Below are positions 1 to 12,543 of a stretch of 64,000 bases of DNA, piece after piece. A program made the translations under genes and the position numbers. The notes below the pieces were generated by a model. The model made no database searches. It had not been told where the DNA came from and was given only the letters and a program-made list of their open reading frames with translations. Numbering within the stretch: the first letter of the stretch is position 1; each line of letters starts with the position of its first letter. Source of the DNA: Octopus sinensis (taxonomy: Eukaryota); the NCBI RefSeq assembly GCF_006345805.1, contig NC_043004.1:61938001-62002000 (forward strand), written 5' to 3'.

Positions 1-865
1 AGCTGTGAGAACACAATATATTAATTTACTTTCTGTGCAAACGTCTATAATAAAACGCAGCGTTGTGAATAAAAATATTTCCTCACTAACTAAAGTATAA
101 TATTAGAGTAAGAAGTAGGCGAAAGATAATAATGAAACTAAAATAGTGATTGACTGTGAGGCAAATTACCTGAAGGAAGAGAAATAGCATAAAATATTAG
201 AACAGGAAATATTGGAGGATGGCGATTACGGCAAGGTAAGAAGAGAGATACTTGTGAGCAGCAGTAAGATATATGCACAGAGAAAACAGCCTATAAACAC
301 ACACAGACTGAGCATAAAGAACTCAAACGTAAGAATACCTCACGACTAACACAGATACGTTTCATAGAAAACACGCAAACATGCGGAAGTACATGCACAT
401 CACTCAGCTTAACATTCACAAAAGAAAGTATCACACACACACAACTCATAATTGATATGGGCAGATGATATACATAAATGATATGCTTTTTCTTATGAAA
501 ATCTAGCTGAAAAACATCGAAAATATAATAATATACCCAATAATTACAGAAATAAATGTATTTTAAAGATTTCTAAGAGTGCAAGTATGAAGAATTTAGC
601 AATATATACTTGACATTATTGAACTGAATTTTGGAATAGATTAACACAAATATGGAAGGAAAATTATATTTGAAATCACTTAACACAGGAAGTTTCTATC
701 AAAGAATTACGGATGTCAAGCGGGTTGCTATCAAAATAGCGGGTTGCTATATTTATAAAAATCAGATTCTCGCGTTTGTTTCAGTTCGTTTTAAGTTTGT
801 TTTTAAATGAAAAATATATAGATACGTTATCAGAAATCTGACTTAGCAAACAGTTTTCGAATGCC

Positions 866-1432
866 GCTTCTTCTTCTTCTTCTTCTTCTTCTTCTTCTTT
901 TCTCTTTCTTCTCTTCTTCTTCTATTCTTCTTCTTCTTCTTCTTCTTCTTCTTTCTTCTTCTTCTTCTCCTTCTTCTTTCTTCTTCTTCTTCTTCTTCTT
1001 CTTCTTCTTCTTCTTCTTCATCTTCTTCTTCTTCTTTCTTCTTCTTCTTCTTCTCTTCTTTCTTCTCTCTCTTCTTCTTTCTTCTCTCTTCTTCTTCTTC
1101 TTCTTCTTCCTTCTCTTCGTTCTTCTTCTTCTTCTTCTTCTTCTTCTCTTCTTCTTTCTTTCTCTTCCTTCTTCTTCTTCTTCTTCTTCTTCTTCTTCTT
1201 CTTCTTCTCCTTCTTCTTCTTCTTCTTCTTCTTCTTCTTCTTCTTCTTCTTCTTCTTCTTCTTCTTCTTCTTCTTCTTCATCTTCTTCCTCTTCTTCTTC
1301 TTCATCTTCTTCCTCTTCTTCTTCTTCATCTTCTTCTCCTCCTCCTTCTTCTTCGTTTTCTTCTTCTTTTTCCTCTTCTTCTTCTTCTTCTCCTTCTTCT
1401 TCTTCTTCTTCTTTTTTTCTTTGTCTTCTTCT
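866..1432. repeat. (CTT)n / polypyrimidine microsatellite, followed by (TA)n and (TTA)n to ~1540
   Basis: Directly visible. It accounts for the poly-K/L/S ORFs at 830-1627. Confidence 0.98.
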
Positions 1433-1457
1433 TCATTATCATCATATATATACATAC

Positions 1458-1516
<59 letters not shown>

Positions 1517-2732
1517 ATATTATTATTATTATTATTATATATACATCGGGTTGCCAACCGTCATTTATTTCAAAGGACAGTCCTTTATTCAGCTCTATAC
1601 AAGAAGCACAGAGCGACAGACAGCTGACCAGGGTGTAAAATTAACCTCATTTTACGTATAACTCAATTCTCCATTTCAAAGAAAAGGCACTCTTTCTGGG
1701 AGGAGAAAATCGTAAATTATGTTACTAAATATGGGAATCATTGCCCCCACAAAAAAGAAAAGTCAATAACAATAGAGAAGGAAAGGAGGTGCCGTTGGAC
1801 GTTTTGAAATGCAATACCTCCAACTGAACTGAACTGGGATTCACTGAGAATAAACCAATACAAAAATGGCGTATAATACAACAAGGTAGTGATGAGGTTT
1901 TTCACAAAATCGAGCCGTAATTTGTTATAAATATCAGAAAAGACAATGAAATCTATGTGAAAAATCTTGTAATAGTAGTACCAGATAATTATATTAAATG
2001 AAAGTGTGTTTTCGAAACATGATAATTTTTACATTGTTACAAGAATGTACTAATTAGGACCAACTTATCAAGTGCTAGCATTTCGATATCAGTTCACATT
2101 TCAAGTTATGCGCCTTTTAATACATGTTTGTTGGGCCATATAGTATCTTTTTGCTTAATATTGTCATGGTTGGTGAAAAACTATAATTCGTTATTATTAT
2201 TTTAAAGCTAAATATAGCTAGTGACATCATCATGAGCCTGTGAGGCCCAGTGCTTTTTGCTCGTTCAATTTGATGCTAGTTCTCTTGCACCCCTCCATTA
2301 AATGGCCAAGAACTAGGCTAGAGAGTATTTCTTTCAGTAAGTTAATTTCGGGAGCTGAGTCCTCTTTTCGAGATCAAATGTCACCTATTATATCTTGAGT
2401 GCGTCCAAAGCTCTGTGAGTGGAAAGTTATTTACAGAAATTCTCCGCTTTATACGCTAGCACAATTTGATTTTTCAGAAGCTAAATAGACCTACCATACT
2501 CTAAGATATATTCACATATTATTTGAAATATCTTCTAACAGTTTCTGTGCGAGTGAGCAAATCTGATTGATCATTGACCTTCTTCTTGACCTGTTTTCAA
2601 ATACATGCATCGACTCTAGACCTTATTTCGCAACATCTTTTTTATTTCAAAGCTAAATCAATTTTTTTCTTTCACAGGGTTTTAATATTTTAGTAAGGCA
2701 GGACCGCAGCGACTGCGAAATATTTTGTAGTG

Positions 2733-4024
2733 ATGGAACACTCTATAAAAAAGAAAAGATTGTGCTCATACAACAAAGACTGGAAAAAGGAATATGAATG
2801 GTTGGCAGCAACTAATTATCCACAAGAGGTAAAATGCATTATTTGTGATAGTCCTTGAAATTGTCTTTATGGTGTTGTAGCTATGTAACAACATCACACT
2901 TCTGATAGTCATAAAAGTAACTGTAATGCTTCAGCTTCCAAATCTTTAATTACTCTTTTACTCTTTACTCTTTTATTTGTTTCAGTCATTTGACTGCGGC
3001 CATGCTGGAGCACCGCCTTTAGTCGAGCAACTCGACCCTGGGACTTATTATTTTTGTAAGCCCAGTACTTATTCTATCGGTCTCTTTTTACCGAACCGCT
3101 AAGTGACGGGGGACGTAAACACACCAGCATCGGTTGTCAAGCAATGCTAGGGGAACAAACACAGACACACAAACACACACAGATACATATATATTTATAC
3201 ATATATACGACAGGCTTCTTTTAGTTTCCGTCTACCAAATCCACTCACAATGCATTGGTCGGCCCGGGGCTATAGCAGAAGACACTTGCCCAAGATGTCA
3301 CGCAGTGGGACTGAACCCGGAACCATGTGGTTGGTTAGCAAGCTACTTACCACACAGCCACTCCTAGATTTTTCATAAAAACCGATACAAAAGAAGACAA
3401 TATCTTATGCAGTTAAACACAATCATTCCAACTCCTTTGATTGTAGCTTGAAATTGAATTCAAACCTTTACCAGGATTCCAAAGTAGCTGGAAAGTTATC
3501 TTGATGTCGCACCAAATCGGAGGCCATAGTTACGAATGTGCTAGGTAAAAATGCATTGAAAGACTTGAAATAATATGACCCTCCTCTTTATTTTTGCCTT
3601 CCAATTGATGCTTCTAACCAGAAAAACAGGAAAATCTTTCCTGTATATGTTCAATATGTCAATACGGAATATGGTGCAGTGAATTATATTATTGACGTTT
3701 TTGAGAATGCTGATGAAAGTGCAGATTGAATGTTTAGATGTTTGAGAAAGACTACTGACAATTTGCAACTTGACTGAGAAAGAGTTTCCTCTTTTAGTGC
3801 AGATAATGCAAATTGCAATTTTGGAATAAAGCATTCTTTATATACTAAAATTCTCACACTGAATGACTGTTATTAAAGCTCATTGCAATGCGCACATTTT
3901 ACATAAATCAGTAAAAGTACTTTGGAAAACTTGAATGTTGATGTAGAAAATATTATCTTAAAGATATATGGGCATTTTTCAATATCGGCAAAAAGAACTG
4001 AAGCTCTTAAAGACTTTCATTTAA
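2733..4024 (+). pseudogene. hAT-like transposase pseudogene (N-terminal Zn-finger to mid catalytic region)
   Basis: Manual translation gives MEHSIKKKRLCSYNKDWKKEYEWL..VKCIIC, then after the SINE KHNHS..CRTKSEAIVTNVL, IDASNQKNRKIFPVYVQY, FSADNANCNFGIKHSLY, HCNAHILH, VENIILKIYGHFSISAKRTEALKDF. Contains stops and frameshifts. Confidence 0.8.
2952..3365 (-). mobile_element. tRNA-derived SINE (family A), near full length
   Basis: Near-identical to the copies at 36773, 48849 and 49511. Has a tRNA-like head (GGAGTGGCTGTGTGGTAAG...GGTTCAGTCCC), an internal TA/TG repeat and an (AAAGAGT)n tail. Confidence 0.92.
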
Positions 4025-4384
4025 GCGACTGCTTAATATTTTGTAGTGATGGAACACTATTTTAACACAAAAGACAGTTGCTTGGAATTCTCTAAAAACA
4101 TCAAAGATGATACAGATTTTGTGAAGGCAGCAAAAAGCCAGGGCAAATAATGTTTTAAAGATTAGAATCTTTTGATCAAGGTAAAATAAGTGTCTTCTCA
4201 TTCTCGGTTTTTTATTTTCATTTAGGTAAGAGAAATGTAATTTTGAACTGCATTCAATATTGGCGTCTATCATAATCTGTAGGAACTGAATCATAATTTG
4301 TGCAATTGTATAAATATCGATATTGTAGCTTAAGAGATTTGGCAAACTTATATATACAAGAATCAGAAGAATTTGAACTCTTCA

Positions 4385-4600
4385 TAGGCAATAGTGTCAC
4401 ACTCCCGTTTCCACACTCAAACGTAGTTAGTGACAAGCTGGTAGTTCACATTAAACAGGAAATGTTCATGTGTACAACATATCGCCCCTCTGGTCATCAA
4501 AATCATGGAAGCATTCGAATGGACCTGAAAATGATGGAAGAACTATCAACTAACCTCAATGACACCTCCACACTGCTTTTTAAGAAATTTCAATCGTCCT
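4385..4600 (+). pseudogene. Possible LINE apurinic-endonuclease fragment
   Basis: HSNVVSDKLVVHIKQEMFMCTTYRP resembles the 'YRPP' region of CR1-like endonucleases. Confidence 0.4.
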
Positions 4601-6419
4601 AATGTCGAAATTAAATAGCAGTGAAATGATGGGCCCGATATTGTCGAGTATACACCTCCTCAAAAATTCAGGCCTTGTTCCTCTAGTAGGCAGGCTTACA
4701 ACTATATTTATTTCACCTTTTATAGGCACAGCACAGCTATTATCGGTATCATTAGGTTGTAGACGACAGAATAAAATAGGAGCAATTATATGCATATTCA
4801 AAAATGTTTCTCGTAAACGTTTGTATTTGCATAGAACATCAAATTGCATATTGATATACATGCTCTTCTGCGGATATGCATGTGAACATATAATTACATC
4901 ATAGCTAAAATAATGGAAGAAAATGAAAACTAAAAAGGTATGAAAAATGTATTGATATAATGTAATACTAAAATAATCTTTCACAAGGAACGTAAAGTAA
5001 TTAATACTAATAATGCAGTGACTCTTTTTATGGAAATCAGGTAAACAATATTACGCAAATGTCAAGTTATTTTCAAGATACTTATACGTATTCTCACACA
5101 TCCATGATTTTATAATGTCAGCTCAATGATGCTAAACATACATAAAATAACATCAAATATAAGGTAAATGTTAGACGCTAGCATGTGCTGCATACAATGT
5201 AGGACACTTGTAAATATTGGTTGAGATTGTTTGTCATTCTGATGAGATTTTATGGCCAAATGATTCCCTAAAATCTTCCACAGCTTTTTGTAAATTCACA
5301 ATTTCGTAAGTTTATAGGAGAAATGTTTTTATCACCGAGCAACGTTAATAGAATTCAATTATATTTATCGGATTTCCATTAAATATCGCATTGTTGACAT
5401 CAACATCATCGTTTTCTTCAGTGAAGACTTGATTTTTATCAGTTCCTTCATATTGGTAGTGCAGCGAGTACGTAGCACGGAGCATCTATATTGGAGTAAT
5501 GGCGATAATAAATCCAGTCACAAAATTGAATCTCGACAGTTCTATTGAAGATTTCATTGAATGAATGGAATAAAATTTAATGTAGTGATACAATGCGAAA
5601 TAAACATTCAGCGTTCTATAGAAAATTTTATTTTCATACAAAGGAAATATAAAATATAATTTGATATCTAGATTGATTAATTCTACCCCGATATTCTATT
5701 TTAGATATCTTTGTAATTGCTGACTTTATAATAAATAACGGGATCATCATATAACGGTGGAAGCTAGGTCGTTCTTTCTTCGTAAATTTCTTTGTCAGTA
5801 TCTACCTATTAATCTCTCTCTTTCACTCTCCCTTTCAAACAAACATACACACACATATATATATGAGTGCGTGTGAGTGAGTGTGTGTATGTATGTGTGT
5901 GTGTGTGCGTGCGCGCGTGTGTGTGTGTGTGTGTGTGTGCGTGTACTTATTATTTCGACGTAAAAAATTTGAACTGCAATGAAGGTAATTGTTCAGAAGT
6001 CAAAGAAATTTACTATTTTACCACGCTGAATTTGAACCCATTGTTCTCCAGTGTTCAAATAAATAACACAAAATTGATCTAATTATCGGTGAACTCGAAA
6101 TGCATTACATTCTCACGATGAAAAGTAAATCGAATCTTGCTCGTGTGGTTCGAGGTTCCCTCCCAATCCTCTTGGTTCTGAGCTCAGAATCCCGTAGCAC
6201 ACAGACACAAACGCACACATACACTCATACATATATATACCACACCGCATCATACTAACCTATACCACTCCACACACCCACACGTTGCAGACGCACACTT
6301 ACACACAGTTAAAGGCAGTAGTCCCTATCCACACACATTCGTTTTGGGATCACCAGTACTTCATTTTATCTCCTCTTTCAATCTGTCATGTGAAACCCAT
6401 TTTCTTCTAATCAGTCGTC

Positions 6420-6606
6420 ATATTTGACCGACATCTCCACGAGGTTCTTTTTAATTCTCTTTCTTCTTCTTTCTCCTTATTCCTTTCGGTTGAAGAGCGA
6501 AGAGTCGAAAGATTAAAGGCATTTCCCCTTTCCTGAGATTGAAATTATTACACCTCCTTGTTGCTCATAAACCTATCTTCGTCTTTTGTTTTTCTTTAAA
6601 TTTCAA
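6420..6606 (+). mobile_element. PLE 3' terminal repeat (pLTR) remnant with decayed hammerhead
   Basis: Homologous to 19080-19260 (-) and 62760-62925 (+). Carries GAAGAGCGAAGAGTCGAAAG and ends in (TA)n/(GATA)n. Confidence 0.6.
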
Positions 6607-6628
6607 ATATATATATATATATATATAT

Positions 6629-6723
<95 letters not shown>

Positions 6724-6725
6724 TA
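6606..6725. repeat. (TA)n + (GATA)n microsatellite
   Basis: Directly visible. Confidence 0.97.
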
Positions 6726-6921
6726 ATACAAATAAGAAAATGGAGAAACAACATTAGTTTGTTCATTAACTTTTGATATTATAATGTTGGATTATTTATT
6801 CATTTAACAAAATGAGAACATCAATAGCAAAAATAGATATCTTAATTTGATAATATAAGATATACGATAAGAATCCAAATTATAAAAGTGAAATATACAT
6901 TACTGAAATCGTTAAAATCAC

Positions 6922-7053
6922 TTCTTACAACTGTTTCAGCCTATGGCTAAAAGTAGATTATTTTATTTTAATTGCCAATAGGTGTCAACATACTGAGGTT
7001 GTAGGCATTTAAAAATAGAGTACTTATATATAACCATAGGCCTCGTCAGAGGT
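6922..7053 (-). ncRNA. Type I hammerhead ribozyme motif with extended stem II
   Basis: Minus strand reads CTGACGA-GGCCTATGGTTA-(~70 nt)-TAGCCATAGGCT-GAAAC-AGTT-GTA. Stem II is 12 bp including G-U pairs; stem I is weak. Confidence 0.7.
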
Positions 7054-7339
7054 TATAAGGAACTTTAAAAATATTAATATTAATACATTAAACATGATAC
7101 ACGTATTACTTAATATATATAAAAAAATAAACAAATCTCCATATAGACATATACATATATATATACACATATACACATATAAGTAAAGTGTATATACTAT
7201 TTACATGCGCAAAATATATAAATAAACACAATTAATCAATAGGTTCATATAGATATACCATACGCAATATACATATATAAAAACATTGGAACATATAAAC
7301 ACGTTTATGGTTATGGCAGATAAATATAAATTAATTGTT

Positions 7340-7389
<50 letters not shown>

Positions 7390-7401
7390 TAATAATAATA
7401 A

Positions 7402-7917
7402 ATCTTAACTGATTGGAAGTGTTATCATGTACATTGTTTTGTCTTGGTATAAAAGATGGGCTACAGCAAATATTCTGCTCAATACCACATATTTGCTTGT
7501 CAGTTGTTTGACCTTAACCAGTTGAGCATGTCCCTTAGTGGCTGACGATATGTGCATCTCTGATCACGAGCAGAAGTAGTGGGGGAGCATCATAGCCATG
7601 TGTTGAGAGGGATTCTTTGGGGTTTGAACAGTTCACCTCTGGAAACATGGGTGGTTCTTTCAACACCCTTAAACAACCCTTATTCAGGGACCGTTTGAGG
7701 GGGATGGGCTACTCAACCTGAAGAAAATTCTAACTGGGCCCCACCTGCAAGGTCATGTGCTGTTTATCTTGATATGAGATCACCATGTCGCGCACATATG
7801 GTTGTGATGCATGTGCCTGGTGTACCTTTATCAGACGGGTAGTCATGATGGGTATATTGGGCTTCGTATATTTTACCCCAGTGTCACTTTGATGGCATGC
7901 TCTGCTCGCTCACTCAA
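7402..7917. mobile_element. ~520-bp non-coding interspersed repeat inserted in (TAA)n
   Basis: Near-identical reverse complement of 58864-59380. Flanked on both sides by (TAA)n. Confidence 0.9.
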
Positions 7918-8719
7918 TAATAATAATAATAATAATAATAATATTATATTATTATTATTATTATTATATTATTATTATTATTATTATTATGTTTATCAAT
8001 AGTAACAATATTATAACATGTCTATGCTTATGATCAGATAGATAACAATCAATTATTAATAAAAATACTATTATTATTATCAATATAGATATTATTATTA
8101 TTATTATTATGTTTATCAATGATAACAATATAGTTATATTTATAGTAATCTTCACTAGACCATACATATAATAGATTCTAACATATCAGAAAATTACGAT
8201 ACAAGATTAAATACATATATATTCATACATGTATACATGTATGAAAATATATATGTATAGAAACATATAACATACATTTAGAATATGGTTATCATTGTAT
8301 ACACCCTCAAATACAAACAAATTCAATTGTAATATCCAAATGAACATTTTTTATCTTTTCGTCAAAGCTGAAGTTGGGCCACAATATTTATGTTCTAAGT
8401 TATATTTATATTAAAAATGTTCAAAGTTACTGGGGGATAATTGTAAGTTAAGTCATTAATAGATATTTACAAAAATCAATCATTTATAACTCCGACCATA
8501 TTGTATACTCTCGAAATGCATGTATACACACACACATACATACATACGCATACGTAAACAAATGTACATACGTTACACACCATAAACATACATCCGTTGA
8601 AAAGCATAGATATATACGTATACATCCACTCACATATACACAAACATATATATATATATATATATTATTATTATTTTTCTTCTCATTATTATAGTAGTAT
8701 TATTCATCATTATTATTAT

Positions 8720-9035
8720 TCAGATCACTGCCTGGAATCGAACTCGGAATCTGGGGTTAATCCCCCGCGTTCTTAACCACTACGCCATATGCCTGTGGTC
8801 AACTATGGATTGAATTTTAGGGTTTATAAATCGAATATTCTCCTATCCTTCTTTAATACCGGTTCCTATATGCTGTTCGGTCGGCTGAGGTTGTTGTGTC
8901 CTAGCATATGTGTTGCTTCTCTTAGTTTGCGTATTTTCCGGTGGTGTTCCCTGTCTATTATTTTAACTTCGTCCCACAGGGGGAGGTGGTGTCCGGTTTT
9001 CCACTCATGATAAGCTATACCCGATTTATCACCTA
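8720..9035 (-). mobile_element. PLE GIY-YIG C-terminal fragment followed by a tRNA-like segment
   Basis: Minus strand translates in part to HHLPLWDEVKIIDREHHRKIRKLREATHMLGHNNLSRP. This is followed by A-box TGGCGTAGTGG and B-box GTTCGATTCC at ~8790-8727. Confidence 0.7.
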
Positions 9036-9046
9036 TAAAATTATAT

Positions 9047-9093
<47 letters not shown>

Positions 9094-9108
9094 TATATTA
9101 TACTATAT

Positions 9109-9159
<51 letters not shown>

Positions 9160-9220
9160 ATAATATATATATATTTGCGTTCTTGTCCCATTTTGTATTA
9201 TATATATATATATATATATT

Positions 9221-9523
9221 ATATAAAAGGGCTTAGTAAAATAAATTAATTTGCCGCATACTGAACTCATTAGAAATAGCAGTTAAAAAAACTTTTTTAA
9301 AACTATTTCTAATACTTAAAGAAAAGTTTTCTTTAAGTATTAGAAATAGTTTTAAAAAAGTTTTTTAGATGCTATTTCTAATGAGTTCAGTAGCGGCAAA
9401 GTAATTTATTTTACTAAGCCCTTTTATATAATGTAATATTGAATTCGCCTTAATTGGTCCCTTTGCATACTGAATACTTGGTGAATTGATTAATTAATTA
9501 ATTTACCCTCAATTGTTGAAATT
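9221..9523. repeat. Fold-back cassette (~100-bp arms, almost no spacer) plus unpaired tail, inside (TA)n
   Basis: 9221-9323 is the reverse complement of ~9328-9429 (ATATAAAAGGGCTTAGTAAAATAAATT...AATTTATTTTACTAAGCCCTTTTATAT). Confidence 0.9.
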
Positions 9524-10224
9524 ATATATATATATATATAGATATATATATATATATATATATATTATATAATAGATATACAGATAATTACCAGTGATGC
9601 AAATTTATTGACTCTTGAAATCCAAGTAGAGATAGTGGATTATCCAGTTCAGGTTTTTAAACTCACTCAAACCACTAGTCTACCTCGTCGTAAACCTGAC
9701 TTGCAACTTCGAGCACCTATACTACTTCGTTACAAAACTGTGTAAGGGAGTAAGAATTATTGTGAAGAAAATGATACCACGTTGTAGTAACTATTGTACT
9801 GTCCAGATGTAGATCACGCGATGTGTACATTAATACCTACTGATTTCTCAGTAAAATTTAAAGAGTACAATTTCCAATGTCCATCAAAGAATCGAAAGGT
9901 CAGACATTGTCAGTAACTGGACAATTGTATGTTGTGTTCTCACATCTTGGATATTCAAAAAAATTTTTCATTTATGTTACACTGGGAAAAACTTATAATG
10001 TTCCATATAAATAAGTTTTATCCTAATTTGGTTTCATGATTTATTATTGATCTGACGGAATTTGCTATACCAGAAATTTTTGAATTACTAATCACAATAA
10101 TTATTAAGAAAGAAAAAAACTTGTATATCAAGATTTTGAATAAAATAGCATTATTATATTTAATCCTGGGAAACACCGGTGACTTCTCATAGTACACACA
10201 AACATACACACACTCACACACACT

Positions 10225-10258
<34 letters not shown>

Positions 10259-10270
10259 ATTATAGATATA

Positions 10271-10644
10271 CTAGCAGTATCGCATGGCGTTGCTCGGGTT
10301 TGTAAGGGAAATAACTATAAGCATTTTTAGAGAGTTATAGCCAAAAAATAGCAAAACGGGGGAAAAAAATATGGTAATTTTTTTTGATAGTTAAAAAGGT
10401 CGAGTTGACGTCCCCTAGACCATCTGTGGTTTGTTTCTGATTGTCGAACCCATGTCGAATTATCGATCTTTTTCAGAACTGGGGGAACTTTTCAAAATTT
10501 TCGCTGCGTTAGTTTGAATTATGACATTGGGCTATGTGTGTGTCAAGTTTCATCAGAATCGGTTGAAGCCGTGGTCAGAGTGAGGGTACAACCAAACAGA
10601 CACACAGAAACACAAAGACAAACTGCCGTTTATATAGAGAGAGA
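10271..10644 (-). mobile_element. Non-autonomous Helitron
   Basis: On the minus strand it begins A|TC and ends CTAG|T, with a subterminal GC-rich hairpin remnant (CCCGAGCAACGCCATGCG) and an internal short tandem repeat. Confidence 0.75.
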
Positions 10645-11804
10645 TATACACACGCACATAATCTTCTCTATCATTCAATGTCTGAAAATCTCGGAGAAAG
10701 TGGTTTTCCGCAGGTATATAACTGCCCATGATGCGTACGTCACTGCTAACGATGAACTTCTCAACAAGATTTTGATGACCAAAGATCGAAAGAATGAATG
10801 AAATACAGGTGCTTTCATTCACTCATTCATTCATTCATCAATTTCAATAATATTGTTTATCCTCTGGAGAATATTTGATAGCTACTGTGTATCAAACTAT
10901 CATATCAAAGCCAAAAAAATCATATTCAATCTTTATGTGGCATTATTTGAATAAACCTGTGAGCATTTCTTCCGATCTTCAATGCGAAACTTTTACAAGG
11001 CTCAGATTCATTACATATGAATTTATATTTTATGCATCAGTTTGCTTGCATATGTACTGTAAAGGAAGCGAGTTATGACTATTAATATCTTCTGATATAT
11101 TTAATAATCGAAGGACACAGCAAATGCCGAACAAAAGATGAACGGTCAAATTACCTGATGAAACACAAATCTCTTGAAATTCAGTGCAGGTGAAATGAGA
11201 GTTACCGTAATGGAAAAAGCTTAGATTATTTGAATGATGATACATGTGTGTTCATTGACTGTTGCATTCATACGTTTACTGCGCATCTGTATTCGATGAA
11301 TGGATTCCCGCCTAAGTATAAGGGGTAGGGAAAATATATATTCATGTATATATACGTGAGTTTCACTATAAGCCATACAGACACTCACACGTACAAACAC
11401 ACACACATGCAAACACATATATATAGAAAACAAAGAGATGACACCAGAAAACCAATTGTTTTGTAATGAATTTGATTAATCTTGAGCTGCTTCCAGGTTC
11501 TGATGCGGAGGACTCTTAGTCGAGTACTAGGATAATTTTCTATACCTTTCTTCCTATCGTGAAAACGAAGTGCTCTATATTTGGAACTGTTACATTTTCA
11601 GAACCTACAGGCGTTATCAGTGACAAAGTTTATGTTGATGGCTATGGAACATTCTATCACGAGGTAGAAAAGAACATGAAATTATACGCGTGTTCCTAGG
11701 GTAGAGCAAAAAGGGGAACAATATTCACCACTATGATCTAAGATTCTTTTCGATTACCTTCCATCCTTTTCGTTTTTCCCCCACTTACTCCAAGAACTGT
11801 AGCA

Positions 11805-11875
<71 letters not shown>

Positions 11876-11982
11876 ATATATATATATTAAAATATTATTA
11901 GAGACAAAACCACTATTTTGCAAAACAAACAAGGAAAGACTTAATCAATACATAAAATTTTAATAAATAGTCAAAAAAACCG

Positions 11983-12024
11983 CCACTACAATCGTTTCTT
12001 GTCTGATCGACAATCTTCAGGTGG
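11983..12024 (-). ncRNA. Minimal type I hammerhead ribozyme
   Basis: CCAC-CTGAAGA-TTGTC-GATCA-GACAA-GAAAC-GATT-GTA^GTGG. Stem I CCAC/GTGG, stem II TTGTC/GACAA, intact core. Confidence 0.85.
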
Positions 12025-12054
12025 ACTTCCAATAATCAGTGTCAAATTTGAAGT

Positions 12055-12097
12055 CCACCTGAAGATTGTCGATCAACACAAGAAACGATTGTAGTGG
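12055..12097 (+). ncRNA. Minimal type I hammerhead ribozyme (one stem II mismatch)
   Basis: CCAC-CTGAAGA-TTGTC-GATCAA-CACAA-GAAAC-GATT-GTA^GTGG. Confidence 0.8.
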
Positions 12098-12301
12098 CGG
12101 TTTTTTGACTATTTATTAAAATTTTATGTATTGATTAAGTCTTTCCTTGTTTGTTTTGCCAAAATAGTGGTTTTGTCTCTAATAATATTTTATAATATTT
12201 TACTATAAAATCGATTTAATCCTAAATCTGATTTTTTCCCTGTAAATTTGGATTTATTCCCTAATATTTATTATTTATATATATATATATTATATATATA
12301 T

Positions 12302-12381
<80 letters not shown>

Positions 12382-12409
12382 ATATACATACATACTGCAT
12401 ACACACACG

Positions 12410-12543
12410 TGTGTGACTTGCCTACTTCTGCTCTGACTGTGTGATTATTTTCCGAGTACTTTCATGTTGATCGATCCAAGATTATAATAGAAGTCACTAG
12501 TCCAAGATACTGCGCAGTGGGTTTTGACCCGGAACTATGTGGC
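12410..12543 (-). mobile_element. Degenerate SINE family A fragment abutting the 5' end of the LINE
   Basis: TAGAAGTCACTAGTCCAAGATACTGCGCAGTGGGTTTTGACCCGGAACTATGTGG matches the SINE A body. Confidence 0.6.

Larger units (their letters stand above)
1547..4024 (+). mobile_element. Decayed hAT-superfamily DNA transposon (5' TIR-like end plus truncated transposase), interrupted by a SINE
   Basis: GGGTTGCCAACCGTC at 1548 resembles hAT terminal repeats. The transposase relic starts at 2733. No right TIR was identified. Confidence 0.6.
11888..12276. mobile_element. Fold-back PLE-pLTR/retrozyme-like cassette in (TA)n with two opposed hammerheads
   Basis: ~140-bp arms (11888-12029 and 12050-12191) plus a unique 3' tail to 12276. 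A single-arm copy lies at 43170-43332. Confidence 0.88.

Noticed and set aside
830-1627. Long poly-K/L/S ORFs
   Set aside because: Translations of (CTT)n and (TA)n microsatellites.
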